The notes beneath the pieces are model-generated. The model had not been told where the DNA came from. It worked only from the letters and a program-made list of their open reading frames with translations, and made no database searches. A program made the translations under genes and the position numbers. Below, in pieces: positions 1 to 12,490 of a stretch of 64,000 bases of DNA. Source of the DNA: Squalus acanthias (taxonomy: Eukaryota); the NCBI GenBank assembly GCA_030390025.1, contig CM059447.1, positions 9,548,001-9,612,000 of the forward strand, given 5' to 3'. The first letter of the stretch is position 1; each line of letters opens with the position of its first letter.

Positions 1-937
1 AAGATCAAAATTGCTAACCAAAAACACACTCACCTGCAGACACTATTTTATTGGTTGTCGTGAACAATCCTGCAGGTTTTAAGCTGGATCTTCCACTAGC
101 TGTCACATAATGCTTTATTAACGCTGCTCTCCATAACTTAAAACCTGCTCGGTTATTCACCATCACCTTAACCAAAAATCCCCACTGCTTCCTTTATTGT
201 GCTTTTCTAAATACAATATTGTAAGTTGAAGGCTTTTCTGATTATTATTTTGCTGCCCACTGATTCCCAGCAATTTTACAAAAAAAACCTCAGATTCCAC
301 AAAATATTCTGTTGACTTAATTTCCCCGTTAATAAAAATGGTTACAACATGGCTTATTGAACTGAAAGGAATGTTCCTAAAGATTCCCACAGTAGTGAGT
401 GCAAACTGGACAAAAGGAAGTGACATGACAAGATCAACACTGCATAACCAACAGAGGATATTCTCACAGTTTCTGCTGAAACAATAGATTTAGCAGGCGC
501 CAGATGAAGTTGAGAGGTCTGGTGTTGAAATAACTTAACTCCTTTATAATTATGGGTCAGTGTAAAATAGTTTTGTTCACATGGATTCTGCTATGTTGAT
601 TTTTTTTGGTCATGTGGGTCTATTGATTGCAAGTAAGAAATTAAATTGGCTTTCTTTATATCTGTGAGTGAACAGATCTGATATGAATGCATTTTTTAGA
701 ATGACAGTTCATGTACATGAGTTATCACAGTTCTGATCAATTTATCAACACTAACTTATAAATATGGTGTACCACAAGTTCCAAATAAAAAGAGAATTCT
801 AATTACAGTAATAGGTTCCTGTAGCAGGAAATGTGTTATTCACAATTAATTTATATCAGGACTATACTGAGAAATCTAAGGTATAACAGCCATTTCATAC
901 TTCACAGAAAAATTAGCTTTTCATATTTCCACATTAC

Positions 938-1330
938 GGGGGTGAATTTGGGTGCCTTGGCGCTAACGGGGCGCAAATGGCTTTGCGACCGGGCGCGGCA
1001 CTGACATCGACTCCCGCCATATCCGGCGGGAGTTTTGCGGCGGCGCTACGGGGTTGCGCCCTGATCTCCTTTGCCCGGAGATTGTGACGTCATCATGGTG
1101 TGCATCGCCCCGGTAGCGCCCCAGACCCGAAATTGACTTCCGCCCCCTGCAGCAGCACCGGTTGAAAACACCGACAGCTGTAGGAGGCGTGCATCGGGCG
1201 GCCGGCTGCTTGATTTAGCGCTCCACTTCCCTCTTGGGGCGCTAAAACTCAAGTTCGCGGTTGCCGGCGCTAAAGTTAACACCCAGGCGATGTTAGCGCC
1301 CCAAAATGGTCAATACCGAATTTTTCCCCC
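938..1330 (+). mobile_element. GC/CpG-rich non-autonomous DNA transposon (Harbinger-like MITE family A)
   Basis: Terminal inverted repeats GGGGGTGAATTTGG...CCGAATTTTTCCCCC and internal ttagcgccc/gggcgctaa repeats. Homologous to copies at 11.7, 37.3 and 51.6 kb. Confidence 0.75.
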
Positions 1331-1824
1331 AGAATTCCATGCTAAGTAAACAATACAAAGGAGGTTGAATACTCTCAAGAAATATCAACAAATTGATTAT
1401 ATTTTTCCAAATCTATCTACAAACAGGACTTGATTTAAAAGACAGATTTTAAGTGCAACTTGTGGATCTGATTGACTTCTGCACATCAGCAGGAAGCATT
1501 GCATGTAAATGCATGTGCAATGTTGTAAACATGCATCATTCTCTAGCACCGGGGAAGCTACCAGAGGGAATAAAGAACTCATTAAGCATAGTGTGCTTGG
1601 TAAACTACAAACATCAAAATGAAACAGCAATCTCCTTGAATTTTAACATCCATTTATATAGAAGAACCAATTCTATTTGAAACAATTGTGGAATATGCTT
1701 TTACTTCCATGCTCTGAATTCAATCAGTTTACACTTGGCGCAGAAATCAGAGTTCTGAGCAGCAACTCAGAATGAACTGCACATATGTATGATTTATTGG
1801 GGAAGATTCACACAAGTCAACAAT

Positions 1825-2581
1825 GACCCAGAAATTGCTGGAATGCATCGTGAGCGAGTGCTGTGAATTGGAATTTTTACCTCACCCTTCAGATCATATT
1901 TTTGTGCCGCAAATTACTGGAAAGGCGAGTTGATAACAGCACGGTGACATCAACGGGGCATTTGGGAACTCGTGAACGTTTGGTCCAATGGTCTATCTCC
2001 TTCACCAATGAAATTTAAGAATAGAGAAAGAAACAGAGCGAATCACGGAGAAGGAAATATGATGAATTAGAGTCAAATTACAAACAGAAAGAAAAATAAA
2101 AAGGAAGGGAAAGAAAGATGGTGGATTAAGAGAGAGAGGAAAAAAAAGACAGAAAGGAAAAGTAAGAAAAAATTAAAAAATTTAATAACCTCTAGGAACA
2201 ATTTACTACCTGTGGGAGTGAGACTCCACAGTTTCATTGTTCCCTTTCTGGTCCTCCAAGTTTGAGTGGCATATCAGGACCATAAATCACATCATCAACA
2301 GGGCCCTTACACCATGAATTACCAACCCTAAATGGTTGTGATGAGATTAATTCGTATTAACAGCATAAATCCAGCAACTTCTTGACACACAATGGTGAGG
2401 CAAGACGGTAATTTTTCCAGTTTTGGCAAGGCTAACGGCGGAGCGGCACAAATCGTCGAGCAATTTGTGGTGAATCAGAACACATGGCATATCTCTCGCT
2501 TCACCACAAATTGCTGGTTTCATGCACTGATAATGTTGGGCACCGTGAACTCGCCATTACTTTTCCAGCAATTTCGAGGCC
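1825..2581. mobile_element. Harbinger-type non-autonomous element
   Basis: TIRs GACCCAGAAATTGCTGGAA...TTCCAGCAATTTCGAGGCC flanked by a 3-bp AAT duplication. Confidence 0.75.
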
Positions 2582-3485
2582 AATGCCACGAGGTTCTTGC
2601 TCATCTTTATAGTAAGCTTAGTCCTCAGCTAGCCTGTAACAAGAAAAAAATGGCAACCAGTAGCAGCCATTCACACTGATTTCTCATTTCACATTTGCCA
2701 TTGGTTGTATTTTACCTCAAAAGGAAGTGAGTGAAACCAAGATGGTGTTGTGTGCCTCTTGAGGCATACATAACATCTTGTTTATTCTGATGGTGGAAGA
2801 TAAACAGGGTAAAAAAAATTAATTATAACCCCTCTCATCTCAAATTACTCACTACAGGATTCATATTAGGCTGCTGAAATTGCTTAATGATTTTCTACAA
2901 TGATAAAGTAAAACCATTTGAAGTCGAGACTGAATTCAGGTAGAGGTGAATGCAAAAGCATTATTGGACAAGCTAATCAGAGTAGAGTGCTGTTAATTAC
3001 TCTTTCAAAGTGTAAATGCTGTTTTATGCCCTGCTTGCAAATTTTGTCACTCTTCAGTATTAACAGCAGAAGCTGCCAACTGAATGGATTCGTTCAGACT
3101 TGCAATCATTGGTGATCCAGAGTACTTAGTTCATGCAGATCAGGAATGAAATCAGAACTGTTCCAGATCTGCCCAACTGGAAGGCAGTGTAGATGTGGCC
3201 TTAATCAACCAATGCTTGCCAGCTCCTCAAAATGTTATCTAAATTCTCTGCATGAGTTATTTTAAAAGAGAATACAATACATACAGTTTTTTTTTACAAT
3301 AAATACTTTAAAGGGGTGGCTTAATTTTCCAAATGTGTTGCAGTAATTATGCATTATTAACCTTAACTATTATGTATGCAGAGATAAAACACAATTTCTA
3401 GCTTCTACTACTGGAATTCTAACATTCGAAAGAACAATTAAAATAGGTGAATTAGATTATATTACATACTAATATGTATTTCAAC

Positions 3486-3510
3486 AGAGAGAGAGAGAGA
3501 GAGAGAGAGA
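3486..3510 (+). repeat. (GA)n microsatellite
   Basis: Direct inspection. Confidence 0.9.
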
Positions 3511-3964
3511 GCGAAGAAAAATTGTCATTTAAGATTTGGTTGTCCTTGGATATGAAATCAAAAATTGGATATGAATATGCTACAGTCTCTAATGGACATT
3601 TTATTTCCCTGTGGAAAGCACTAGTGACTCTGAATAATATTTCGACACATACACTCCCCTGGCAGGAGCTTAATCATCCTCTAACCTAATTTCAATATGA
3701 TTCTTCAAGCCATGAGCCAAGGTTCACCATTATAAAGCAGTTATAGTACTTATTTTAACTGAATAAATTTGGTCAAACCAGTGTCTAGCCATGTAGTATG
3801 TGCATATATTTGTTGTAAAACTTAGTACTTGAAACTCCATATTGTATCAGCTTTACATACTACACACCCATCCTACTCAGATCTGCACTGATTATTACCC
3901 GGTATTTGAAAAAGACAACAAGGCAAGTTGTGATGACAGAAGTATTTCTAGAACAGCTAGAAAT

Positions 3965-4305
3965 TAAGTACTTTTGAAGTGCAGTCACTCGTAGGCAAAC
4001 GCAGCTGCCAGTTGCACACAGCAAGGTCCCATAAACAGCCACGAGATAAATAGCCAGATAATCTGTTTGAGTGATGTTGGTTGAGGGATAAATCTTGGCC
4101 AGAACTCCCTGGTCTTCTTCGAATAGTGCCATGGTATCTTTTACATCCATCTGAAAGTGAAGACTAGGCCTCAGTTTAACATCTTATCTGAAAGACGGCA
4201 CCTCCGACAATGAAGCAATCCCTCAGTACTGCACTGAGGTGTCAGCCTAGATTATGTGCTCAATTCTCTGGAGTGTGACTTAAACCTTCTGACTTAAGAG
4301 GTGAG
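3965..4305 (-). mobile_element. DeuSINE (SacSINE1-like) fragment
   Basis: aagtacttttgaagtg...gagggataaat...atagtgccatgg...cagcctagattatgtgctc. Same family as 27549-27962. Confidence 0.8.
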
Positions 4306-4934
4306 GAAAGAAGAAACTAGGAGCATCCCAAAAAAATGGGAAAGGTGGGCAGAGGAATTTGTTTATTAATATCGTTTTTTCAAGTAACATCTGGCAGAAT
4401 TATTTTGGGTAGCTATATAATGCTGAAAATTGGATAGAACTGGAGATACGTGCAGATCCATTGAAAAGGATTTAAGAAAACTTTAGAATACAAGAGATTC
4501 ATACTTTAAAAAAAGTTGCAATCAAATCTTAGTGAGCATTTCACAATATAGCATTAATATTTTCTGTTTGTTGTAAAACTGGTTAAGTAACTAAAGTTTG
4601 CGTAAAGCTGACTGACAAAATGGATCCTTCACTTCACATCATTGCTGCTGGCAGCAGTCCTGATTTTGGAGGCAGCAGCACTATAAGCTAAATGGATTAC
4701 TACATCTGCCTGTATAGGTGCCAAGACCCACCTAAAGCAGTGTTTTTTACTGGTATTTGCAGAGGCAGCAAGTAGCAGTTACCACTTTTTCCCCAGATAC
4801 GGGCAAACAGAATGTTCAGAATAGACCAATGACACGATTTCCCAATTACTGGTCTGTACAGACCTTCCCTGCCTATCAGAAAGCCACAGTAGTCAGAAAT
4901 CAAGTCTCAATTTCCAAACAACTGCACACACACT

Positions 4935-5801
4935 GGTCTAGAAATCCGGGCGCGCCCCATCCCTGCGCAGGAATGGTGAGGCACAAGCCGTCCCCAATAT
5001 TGGGCCTCAGGCCTCATATACTTCGAGCCGTCCAGCTGCCGAGAGCAAGAGAGCAAAGAGCAATTGAAGATCGGGCCGTTGCTGGCATTGCAGGTAAGTG
5101 AGGAAGCGGGGCGACCAGAAAGGGGGGTGATTGAGTTGGGGATTGGGAGCGAGGGGTGGCCGGGGGTGGGGGTGGGGCGATAACGACGGCAATCAGGGGG
5201 TAGTGATGCTGATCGGGGGGCGGGTGGGGTAGGGGCAGCAGTGGCTGGCAGTCTTCTTTGACTGTGGGGAAAGGAAGAACATTCCTGCTCCTCCTAGCTC
5301 CATATTCAAGTAAGCATTTTTCTTTAAAACTTGCCTTGTTGTTTGCGGCCTAACACGCGGTCCTTTTCTGCATGTAGACATGTTTTTCCTCAGTGCAGTC
5401 GGCACTGGCTGCCTCAGGGCAAACCACTCTTGCAGTGGGGACCTCAAACAGGCATTAGGCCCCTTATTTGCATATGCAAAGGGACTAAACCCCAGTTTCA
5501 CACATGGCCACCGCATGCAATTTTTTGGCCTTTACCAATATGGCGGGCAGCGCACTTCCGGCTTGTAATGAGCATTCGCTTCTTTCCTGCCATATTGGAG
5601 GCTTAGGACCAATGCTCCTTCTAATTTTTTTTTGTGCACAGTCCCTTTAAATTTGTTGCGCAGCCGCGCATGCACGGTATCTTTTCCAGCGGCAGCTGCT
5701 GGCGAGTGGTCTGCGAGGGATCTCCTGATTGGTGTGCGGCCATTGTTGAGGACCCATTTATTGCCCGAAAACCGAGCACTGTGCGGTCAAATTCCTAGGC
5801 C
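4935..5801. mobile_element. Harbinger-type non-autonomous element with nested hAT-like MITE fragment (~5610-5690)
   Basis: TIRs GGTCTAGAAAT...ATTCCTAGGCC, GC-rich interior. The nested caatgctccttctaattttt start matches the MITE at 24244/28223. Confidence 0.65.
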
Positions 5802-6673
5802 AACATCTCTTTACTCCAATTTGCAATGAAAATGGGGTAGATACCGTAACAATAGGAGCTCCAGCACATTATAGAAATCTAACGCCTTGAGAGGATAAAA
5901 CAATAAAACAATAAAACAGCTACCTCATAGTCCTTTTTGTGCAAGAGCCGATTGAATCTTCCATAAATCACAGTACAGTAATATGATCACAGAGATCCCG
6001 TTACAAATCTAGATGGTAGATGCGCATTGTAGCAATTCATGGATGATGACAGCTGGCCAACATCCCTGCTTCTGCAGATCACTGTCCGGAAGTTGAATAA
6101 TACCGTAAAACTTTCACCAAAATACTTAAAGCTGGAGAGAGCGCACAGACATTCACAAAACTAATAATGCACCACAGTAAATATGTGTATTCCTCAACTG
6201 GCTGCAGAATGTCCCACTAATATTCTTGTCAGCTACACTTTCGGACTGTAATTTATTTTATTTTTGTGAGTATTCATAACATTTTACAGCTTCAGCATTG
6301 CATGAGTATTCTGTATGGACTATGATTGTGGCTTAAGCTTTACAATAGAATCTACTTCTGACAAACTTATCTGCTAAAGTACACTAAACTAACAAGAACC
6401 ATATGAGCAACAGAAAGTGGCTTACAAAGACCAAAGAAAAACTACTTACTTGAATAAAGATTCAAACTTTTAAAAGTTACGTTTCACAGTAAGTTGTATA
6501 CTTTTCTAATAAAAAGATATTGTGCCTTCAGGAAATCAATCACATCTATTTAGTAACTGAATCAAAATTAAAACTGGAAAATAGCAATCAAACTTTGAGA
6601 CCTTTTGTGTTCGGTATTTCAAATTTATCGCAAACATGCCAAAATTTAGGGTCCAAGACAATCAGCTGCTTAC

Positions 6674-6756
6674 CTGAATGTCAGCCAGGAGCTCCTGCTT
6701 GCGTTGTCGGATGTTTTCTAGCTCTACCTCCTCTTCTTGAGTCAGGTCCGCGGGCA
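6674..6756 (-). CDS. CYTH1: Cytohesin-1 (ARF-GEF) coding exon 2, N-terminal coiled coil
   Basis: Minus strand reads tgtctttactttcag|TGCCCGCG...GACATTCAG|gtaagc. The exon is 83 nt, phase 1 in and phase 0 out, and translates (V)PADLTQEEEVELENIRQRKQELLADIQ. This closely matches human CYTH1 VPSDLTAEERQELENIRRRKQELLADIQ, including the QELLADIQ end that favours CYTH1 over CYTH2/3/4. Confidence 0.95.
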
Positions 6757-7169
6757 CTGAAAGTAAAGACATGAGCACAGTGAGCTGGCGAGATCAAGGC
6801 TGTAAGCACAACTGCTGGTCGGCAAAGCTCAGCTGTTCTGACCTTCACTGTCACCTGACCCATGTTTAAACTAGTCAAGAGCTGCTTCACATGCTTCGTG
6901 CCTTTCACTTCTCTCTGCACGAACTGATCTTTAATTATTCAAAACTGCCTGAAGGAAATGCCAGAACAGAATAAAGCCAGAGATTTCCCCTCAGTTAGGT
7001 AATGTAGGCATGTTCATGTATATTAAACTCTATCCTAATATATAACATGCCCGCCTCTTGGTTTTACGTAACCGTCAACTAAGCAGATATAAAGATTCCA
7101 CATTTCTAATTCAATCAAATTAACAGTTTTATCAATATATGTGATGGGACTCAATGTCTAAATACTATT

Positions 7170-7385
7170 ATGAGAAGTCGCACAACACCAGGTCATAGTC
7201 CAACAGATTTATTTAAAATTACAAGCTTTCGGAGCTGTCGCCCCTTCCTCAGGTAGAGTTACTGTGAGGAAGGGGCGACAGCTCCGAAAGCTTGTAATTT
7301 TAAATAAATCTGTTGGACTATAACCTGGTGTTGTGCGACTTCTCATTTTTGTCCACCCCAGTCCAACACCGGCATCTCCACATTA
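7170..7385 (+). mobile_element. Penelope-like retroelement terminal remnant (inverted repeat plus tail)
   Basis: Near-perfect ~82-bp inverted repeat (7170-7251 vs 7265-7346) plus tail ttttgtccaccccagtccaacaccggcatctccaca. Flanked by a taaatactattat duplication (7159-7171 / 7386-7398). Confidence 0.8.
7220..7255 (-). ncRNA. Minimal type-I hammerhead ribozyme motif (Penelope-associated)
   Basis: Minus strand UAC-CUGAGGA-A-GGGGC(GACA)GCUCC-GAA-AGCU-U-GUA: CUGANGA core, helix II, GAAA, palindromic AGCU helix III, and a short helix I (UAC/GUA). Confidence 0.6.
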
Positions 7386-7929
7386 TAAATACTATTATAC
7401 AGTACAGGCTTGTCAGACACTTTAAAATAAGCAGCACAGCATATGGAATTATAACAGTAATACCTGAGGTATATTAGTACAGCATTGATGTACAATGATA
7501 AACAGAACTGCTAAGTTCACGGCTAGGTATCCTATACTATAACCTATATTATCAGTTCAAGATAAATAATGGCATTGCCAGAAAGAGGCTGACCAGTTGC
7601 TGTGAAGATAAATACTGTATGTAAGATCCTATGGAGTTTCTTTTTCAGGTACCACATAAAAACAGGATGACAGCATTTATTAAAATGGGTGAAAGTGGAG
7701 GAGAACTGCAAAGCATCACATATTTTGCAATGATATAGTAATGTAGAGTTCAATGAGAGAACACAGCTCACAATAAACTGAACATTTCACTGGTGACTGC
7801 AAGTCCTGGACATTCTTTCACTCAGGTAAAGGACCATCACAACTCACCGATGACATTGAGAGAACCAACTTGCTGGTCCCTGCAGTGTGAGAGTTTTCAT
7901 AAAGTCTTTCACTTCTGCAAAAGAACACT

Positions 7930-8856
7930 CAAAGATATGAGTTTGCCGATGACACCAAACTTGGGGGTGTGGCAAACAGTGAGGATGATACGAATCGACT
8001 GCAACACAACATAGAAAGGCTAGCAGAATGGGCAGACAAGTGGCAGATGGAATTTAATACAGAGAAGTGTGAGGTGATGCATTTTGGCAGAGGGAACAGG
8101 GAGAAGCAATATACACTTAATGGCACAGTTTTAAAGTGTGCAGGGACAGAGGGACCTGGGGGTTAATGTGCATAGGTCCCTGAAGGTGGCGGGACATATT
8201 GAGAGAGTGGTTGGCAAAGCATATGGGATCTTGGGCTTCATAAATAGAGGTATTGAGTACAAAAGTAGAGAAGTTATGCTGAACCTTTATAAAGCGCTGG
8301 TTAGGCCACAACTGGAGTATTGCGTCCAGTTCTGGTCACCACACTTTAGGAAGGATGTGAAGGCCCTTGAAAGGGTGCAGAGGAGATTTACCAGAATAGT
8401 TCCGGGGATGGGGGATCTTAGCTACAAGGACAGGTTGGAGAAGCTGGATTTGATTTCATTAGAGCAAAGGAGGTTGAGGGGTGATTTGATAGAGGTGTAC
8501 AAGATTATGACGGGTTTGGATAGGCTAGACGGGGAAAGGCTGTTCCCACTAGTTGATGATACAAGGACTAGGGGACACAGATTTAAGGTTTTGAGCAAGA
8601 GATACAGGGGGGATGTGAGGAAAAACATTTTTTACGCAGCAAGTGGTGAGGACCTGGGACTCGCTGCCGACGGAAGTGGTGGAACCGGACACACTCAATG
8701 TTTTCAAGGGGAGACTGGATAGGCACTTGAGGGAAATAAACTTGCAGGGCTACTGGGATAGAGCGGGGGAATGGGACTGACTGGATTGCTCTACAGAGAG
8801 CCGGCACGGACTCGATGGGCCGAATGGCCTCCTTCTGTGCCATTATGACTCTATGA
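7930..8856 (+). mobile_element. CR1 LINE, 5'-truncated (RT C-terminal region plus 3'UTR)
   Basis: FADDTKL RT motif at ~7941, LAEWADKWQMEFNTEKCEVMHFG, and ORF 8138-8722 (RDLGV...LYKALVRPQLEYCVQFWSP...RRLRGDLIEVYKI...TRGH). CR1 3'UTR gatgggccgaatggcctccttctgtg with a short-repeat tail. Frameshifted. Confidence 0.95.
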
Positions 8857-9499
8857 GTTATGGATTCCTCACAGCTGAGAGAAAACATTGGTTACATTTG
8901 TGACAAATCCACAATGCATGCTTCAGAGAATTCTGTATAAATGAAAGGTTGATGATAGCTCACAAGTACGCCAGGAAATTAGATCTTTTAATGCGAGTTT
9001 TAGTGCTCCTTTACCTGAGCAATCATTAAGTGATATATTCAGTTTATTCATTCATCAGGACAGCTTCCTCCTCATATTCTGGTTGTGCCCTCACATTCAA
9101 TCTTTCTGGACAGTTATCTGGGAGACTACAAACACCATAACCAGTCTTCCAATTCCAGAGAAATATCCCATTGCTTGCTGAGCCTATCCGCTGGAGAGGG
9201 AGCCACTCCCCCCCCCCCTCCCCCACAACGTGTAGGCAAGCACAGCTCTCTCTACTGCACCCTAACACTGTGATTCAGGACAGTGCCCTGCCTCCCTGCC
9301 CCTTCTCAAATATGTGCCAAAGCACCTGCGGGAACATAACTCAATCTGAATGAGTGATTTTCAGTCTCTACCTACAACTGGAGAAATGCCAAGCAGCCTG
9401 TTCCCACTTTTGGCAGGTGGTTCGGTGCACTACAGCCCCTCCCCCGACACCCCAAAATTCCTCCCTGAGGAGAATGCAGACCAGCAACAAAGAATGAAA

Positions 9500-9712
9500 A
9501 AAGAACTTGCATTTATATAGCACCATTCACGTCCTCAGGACGTCCCAAAGCACTTCACAGCCAATGAAGTACTTTTTTGAAGTGGAGTGACTGTTGTCAT
9601 GTAGGAAATACAAGTTGTTGTTGTTGTTGAAACGTGGCAGGAAGCTCCCACAAACAGCAATGAAATAAATGCCCAGATAAACTGTTTCAGTGATGCTGGC
9701 TGATGGATAAAT
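9500..9712 (-). mobile_element. DeuSINE 3' fragment
   Basis: acttgcatttatatagcacc...caggacgtcccaaagcacttcacagccaatgaagtac tail. Confidence 0.8.
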
Positions 9713-11309
9713 CTCCATATTGCTTTATCTCTTTGCGGGTTCTATTAACTTTCTCCAAAACAATAAACATAATTTTGGAATATTTCTCATGTTTTTGTCC
9801 TAAGGTTTGGAGGATGTTTGACTACATAAAAGCCAGCGTTCTTCAATGCTTGTCAAATTGACAATTTTGGATTAGCTCGAACATGGTTCTACTATCAGAG
9901 GTCTGGGATCAGATTATCTGTCAACTTGGCGTGGCATGACAGAGGACTTGAAACATGAGAGAAAATAATTAAAGCAGATTTAAATGAGAGTTTAAAAATC
10001 ACAACTACCCAGCATATCAGAGCTTTAAAATGCCCCAAAGCTTTTAGGTCACACATATGACTGTAACACCATAATCATGGAGCGTAAAACCAAAAAAATA
10101 TAGGTCATGGTAAAGGCAGTGTAGCCCTAAGGCAAATAAAAGCCAGAGTAACATTTTAGTATGAAGAGACAGTATTGTACAGTCTAAAATGGTGTATGCA
10201 AGCTTTGTTAAAATATGACCATGGGTAAAGTTAAATGCATAATTTTCCAGGAATATTTTTACTTTAGACTGTTCTGATAGGGACTCAATGTATCAGCAGC
10301 TAAGTTACTCATAAAACAGTTGACCAGAAACTATGTTAAGACCCATAAGTGCCAATAGTTTAGCTCAATAAAAGGTTTATTTTTTCTGAACTCTCATCAC
10401 AGCTTTCAGGAAAGGAGTAAGTGATAATAGTATTGTATTTCCAAATTGAATGTTATCAGCACTACCTGTACAAGATAGGTGACCCACTAGCACAATGTGT
10501 CCAAACAGAAAGGGGCAAGTCACCTGGTCACCCAAGCTCACTTGTCTATTGAGTGAATTTCTCTCGTTCTCAGCAATAGATTGAACACCTAACTACGTAC
10601 TGTGAATTTCTCTTTTATCCTCAGCTTCACTGAATATACTATATGCATCACAAGCAAATATCATCAAGGAGAGGAAATGACATTACATAGTGACGCATTT
10701 CCAATACAAGAAACGTGTATGCACTATGTAATGAAACCAGCCATTTTGTTGCCACAATGTTAAGAAAGAAAATACTTAAACACTAAAGTAGATACCCAGA
10801 GAGAAACATGACAGTTCAGTATAGGCATGACATCACATCCCCAAATCATGAAGACTGTTGCTTGTGAAGACAGTTGCCCATTCTAGGGGACGATTTCCTC
10901 TGTATATTAAGTGCAGCAAAATCATAGGTGTGTTCATGAACAATGTGTTTATAATGTTCCTATGCCCAGCACACAGAAGAAGTCATTCTCTACTATGTCC
11001 ACCTTTTCTAATCTGTCAGTTATATAGGTGTATTCGCCAGTTGGAAAGCGCACAGTATATAATGTACAGATATAGACAGAAAACTATCAGGACTGCACTG
11101 TTGCCTTGAACAGTCAGTATTTCAGGACTGTTACTACGTAAGTAATGCTCACAAATTGCCCATTTTTTAAAAAAAAGGCAAGAGAACAAAAAAATTCCTC
11201 AGTCAGAAAAACAATGAAACGTTAGAAACAATCAAACTGTTAGTATCGTCAACATTTATATGATCTCCAGCATGATTTGAATATCCCACCCCATGTAAAG
11301 CAAGGTTAC

Positions 11310-11700
11310 AAGGTTATTAGAATCAGGAAATTTGACAGCACAGGAGCTCATTCTGCCCATTATTCCTGTTCCATTCTCTGAAAAAGCTATCCTCAGTCCT
11401 ATTCCCCTGCATTTCTCCCATACCATTTAAATTTTTCTTTTGTAAAATATTTATCCACATCCATTTTAATAACCATTATGAATTCTGCCTCCACTATGGT
11501 TTCTGGTATGGTACAACATTGTGAAAAAAATTCCAAACTTCTCCCTTCATTCTTCTGATGATCTCAATTTTATGCTCTGTGGTTATCAACTTACTATTCA
11601 ATAGAAATTGTTTTTCCCTACTTAGCTTATCAAAATCTGTCATAATTTTGAATATTTCTATCAGATCTCCTCTTAACTTTCTTTGTTCTGATTAAAAGAG
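11310..11700 (-). mobile_element. Degraded CR1 3' end
   Basis: Diverged match to the reverse complement of the CR1 3' region (tcataattttgaatatttctatcagatctcctcttaactttc). Confidence 0.6.
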
Positions 11701-11714
11701 CACTAGTGTATCTA

Positions 11715-12272
11715 GGGGGAAAAATTCAGTTGATTTGCGCCTCTCGTTAGCGCCCTAAGAGGCTGCTAACGGGGCGCAAAGCAACTAGCGCCCGGGTGCG
11801 GCGCCGCTAATGCCTCCTGCGAAATTCAGCGGGAGGTTAGCGGCGGTGGTAACCGTTAGCGCCCCGCAGCACTGCGCCTCTGGCGATGACGTCATCATTG
11901 TGCGCAACACCCCGCTCGCGCCCCAGCCGCAATCTTCGGTAGCACCCCTTGACTTACCGCCGGACGCTATGTACGATAGGGTCAAGGGGGTCTACCTGCG
12001 GCCGGGGCGGCACAAATTAAAGGGGAGGTGCCGGGCGGCCATTTTTGTTGCTGGCTGCCTGCCAGCACCTACCCCCGTTGCTGTCTCTGGCCTCCTGTGA
12101 AGCCCCCCCGCGGAGTGCTGACTGCGCTCCGTGAGCCCGGCACTTCTTGAGTGCCGGGCTCTTTTGCTGGTACTCCGATCCCTGATGGCCCAGCTGGGCC
12201 CCGGGTCGCGCTGCACTAGGCCCCTCCCCTTTAATAAGGGGAGGAAGGCCTGTAGTACCGCGGCGCTACGTG
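11715..12272 (+). mobile_element. MITE family A (3'-truncated)
   Basis: GGGGGAAAAATTCAG left TIR. Internal homology to the 938, 37320 and 51585 copies. Confidence 0.8.
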
Positions 12273-12277
12273 CTATT

Positions 12278-12490
12278 TTTCAAATAGTGCCATGTGGTCT
12301 TTAATGCCCATCTGAACACAAGAGACAGACAGGACCTCGATTTAACCTCTTATCTGAAAGATGGCATCTCCAACAATGCAACACACCCTCAATAGCGCAC
12401 TGGACTATCAGCCTAGATTATGAGATCAAATAGGGTTCGAAGCAACAATATTTCAATCCAATAGTAAGTGCTATCAACTGAGTCAAGCTA
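12278..12490 (-). mobile_element. DeuSINE 5' fragment
   Basis: aaatagtgccatg...gaaagatggcatctccaacaatgca...cagcctagattatg with a degraded tRNA head. Confidence 0.7.

Noticed and set aside
6681-6920. 79-aa ORF overlapping exon 2
   Set aside because: It is in a different frame from the CYTH1 reading frame and has no recognisable homology.
8138-8722. Longest ORF (194 aa) as a host gene
   Set aside because: It is the frameshifted C-terminal part of a 5'-truncated CR1 ORF2.
11715-12272. CpG-island promoter or canonical CYTH1 exon 1
   Set aside because: It is a multi-copy MITE, and no MEEDDSY-like exon was found in any of the GC-rich patches.
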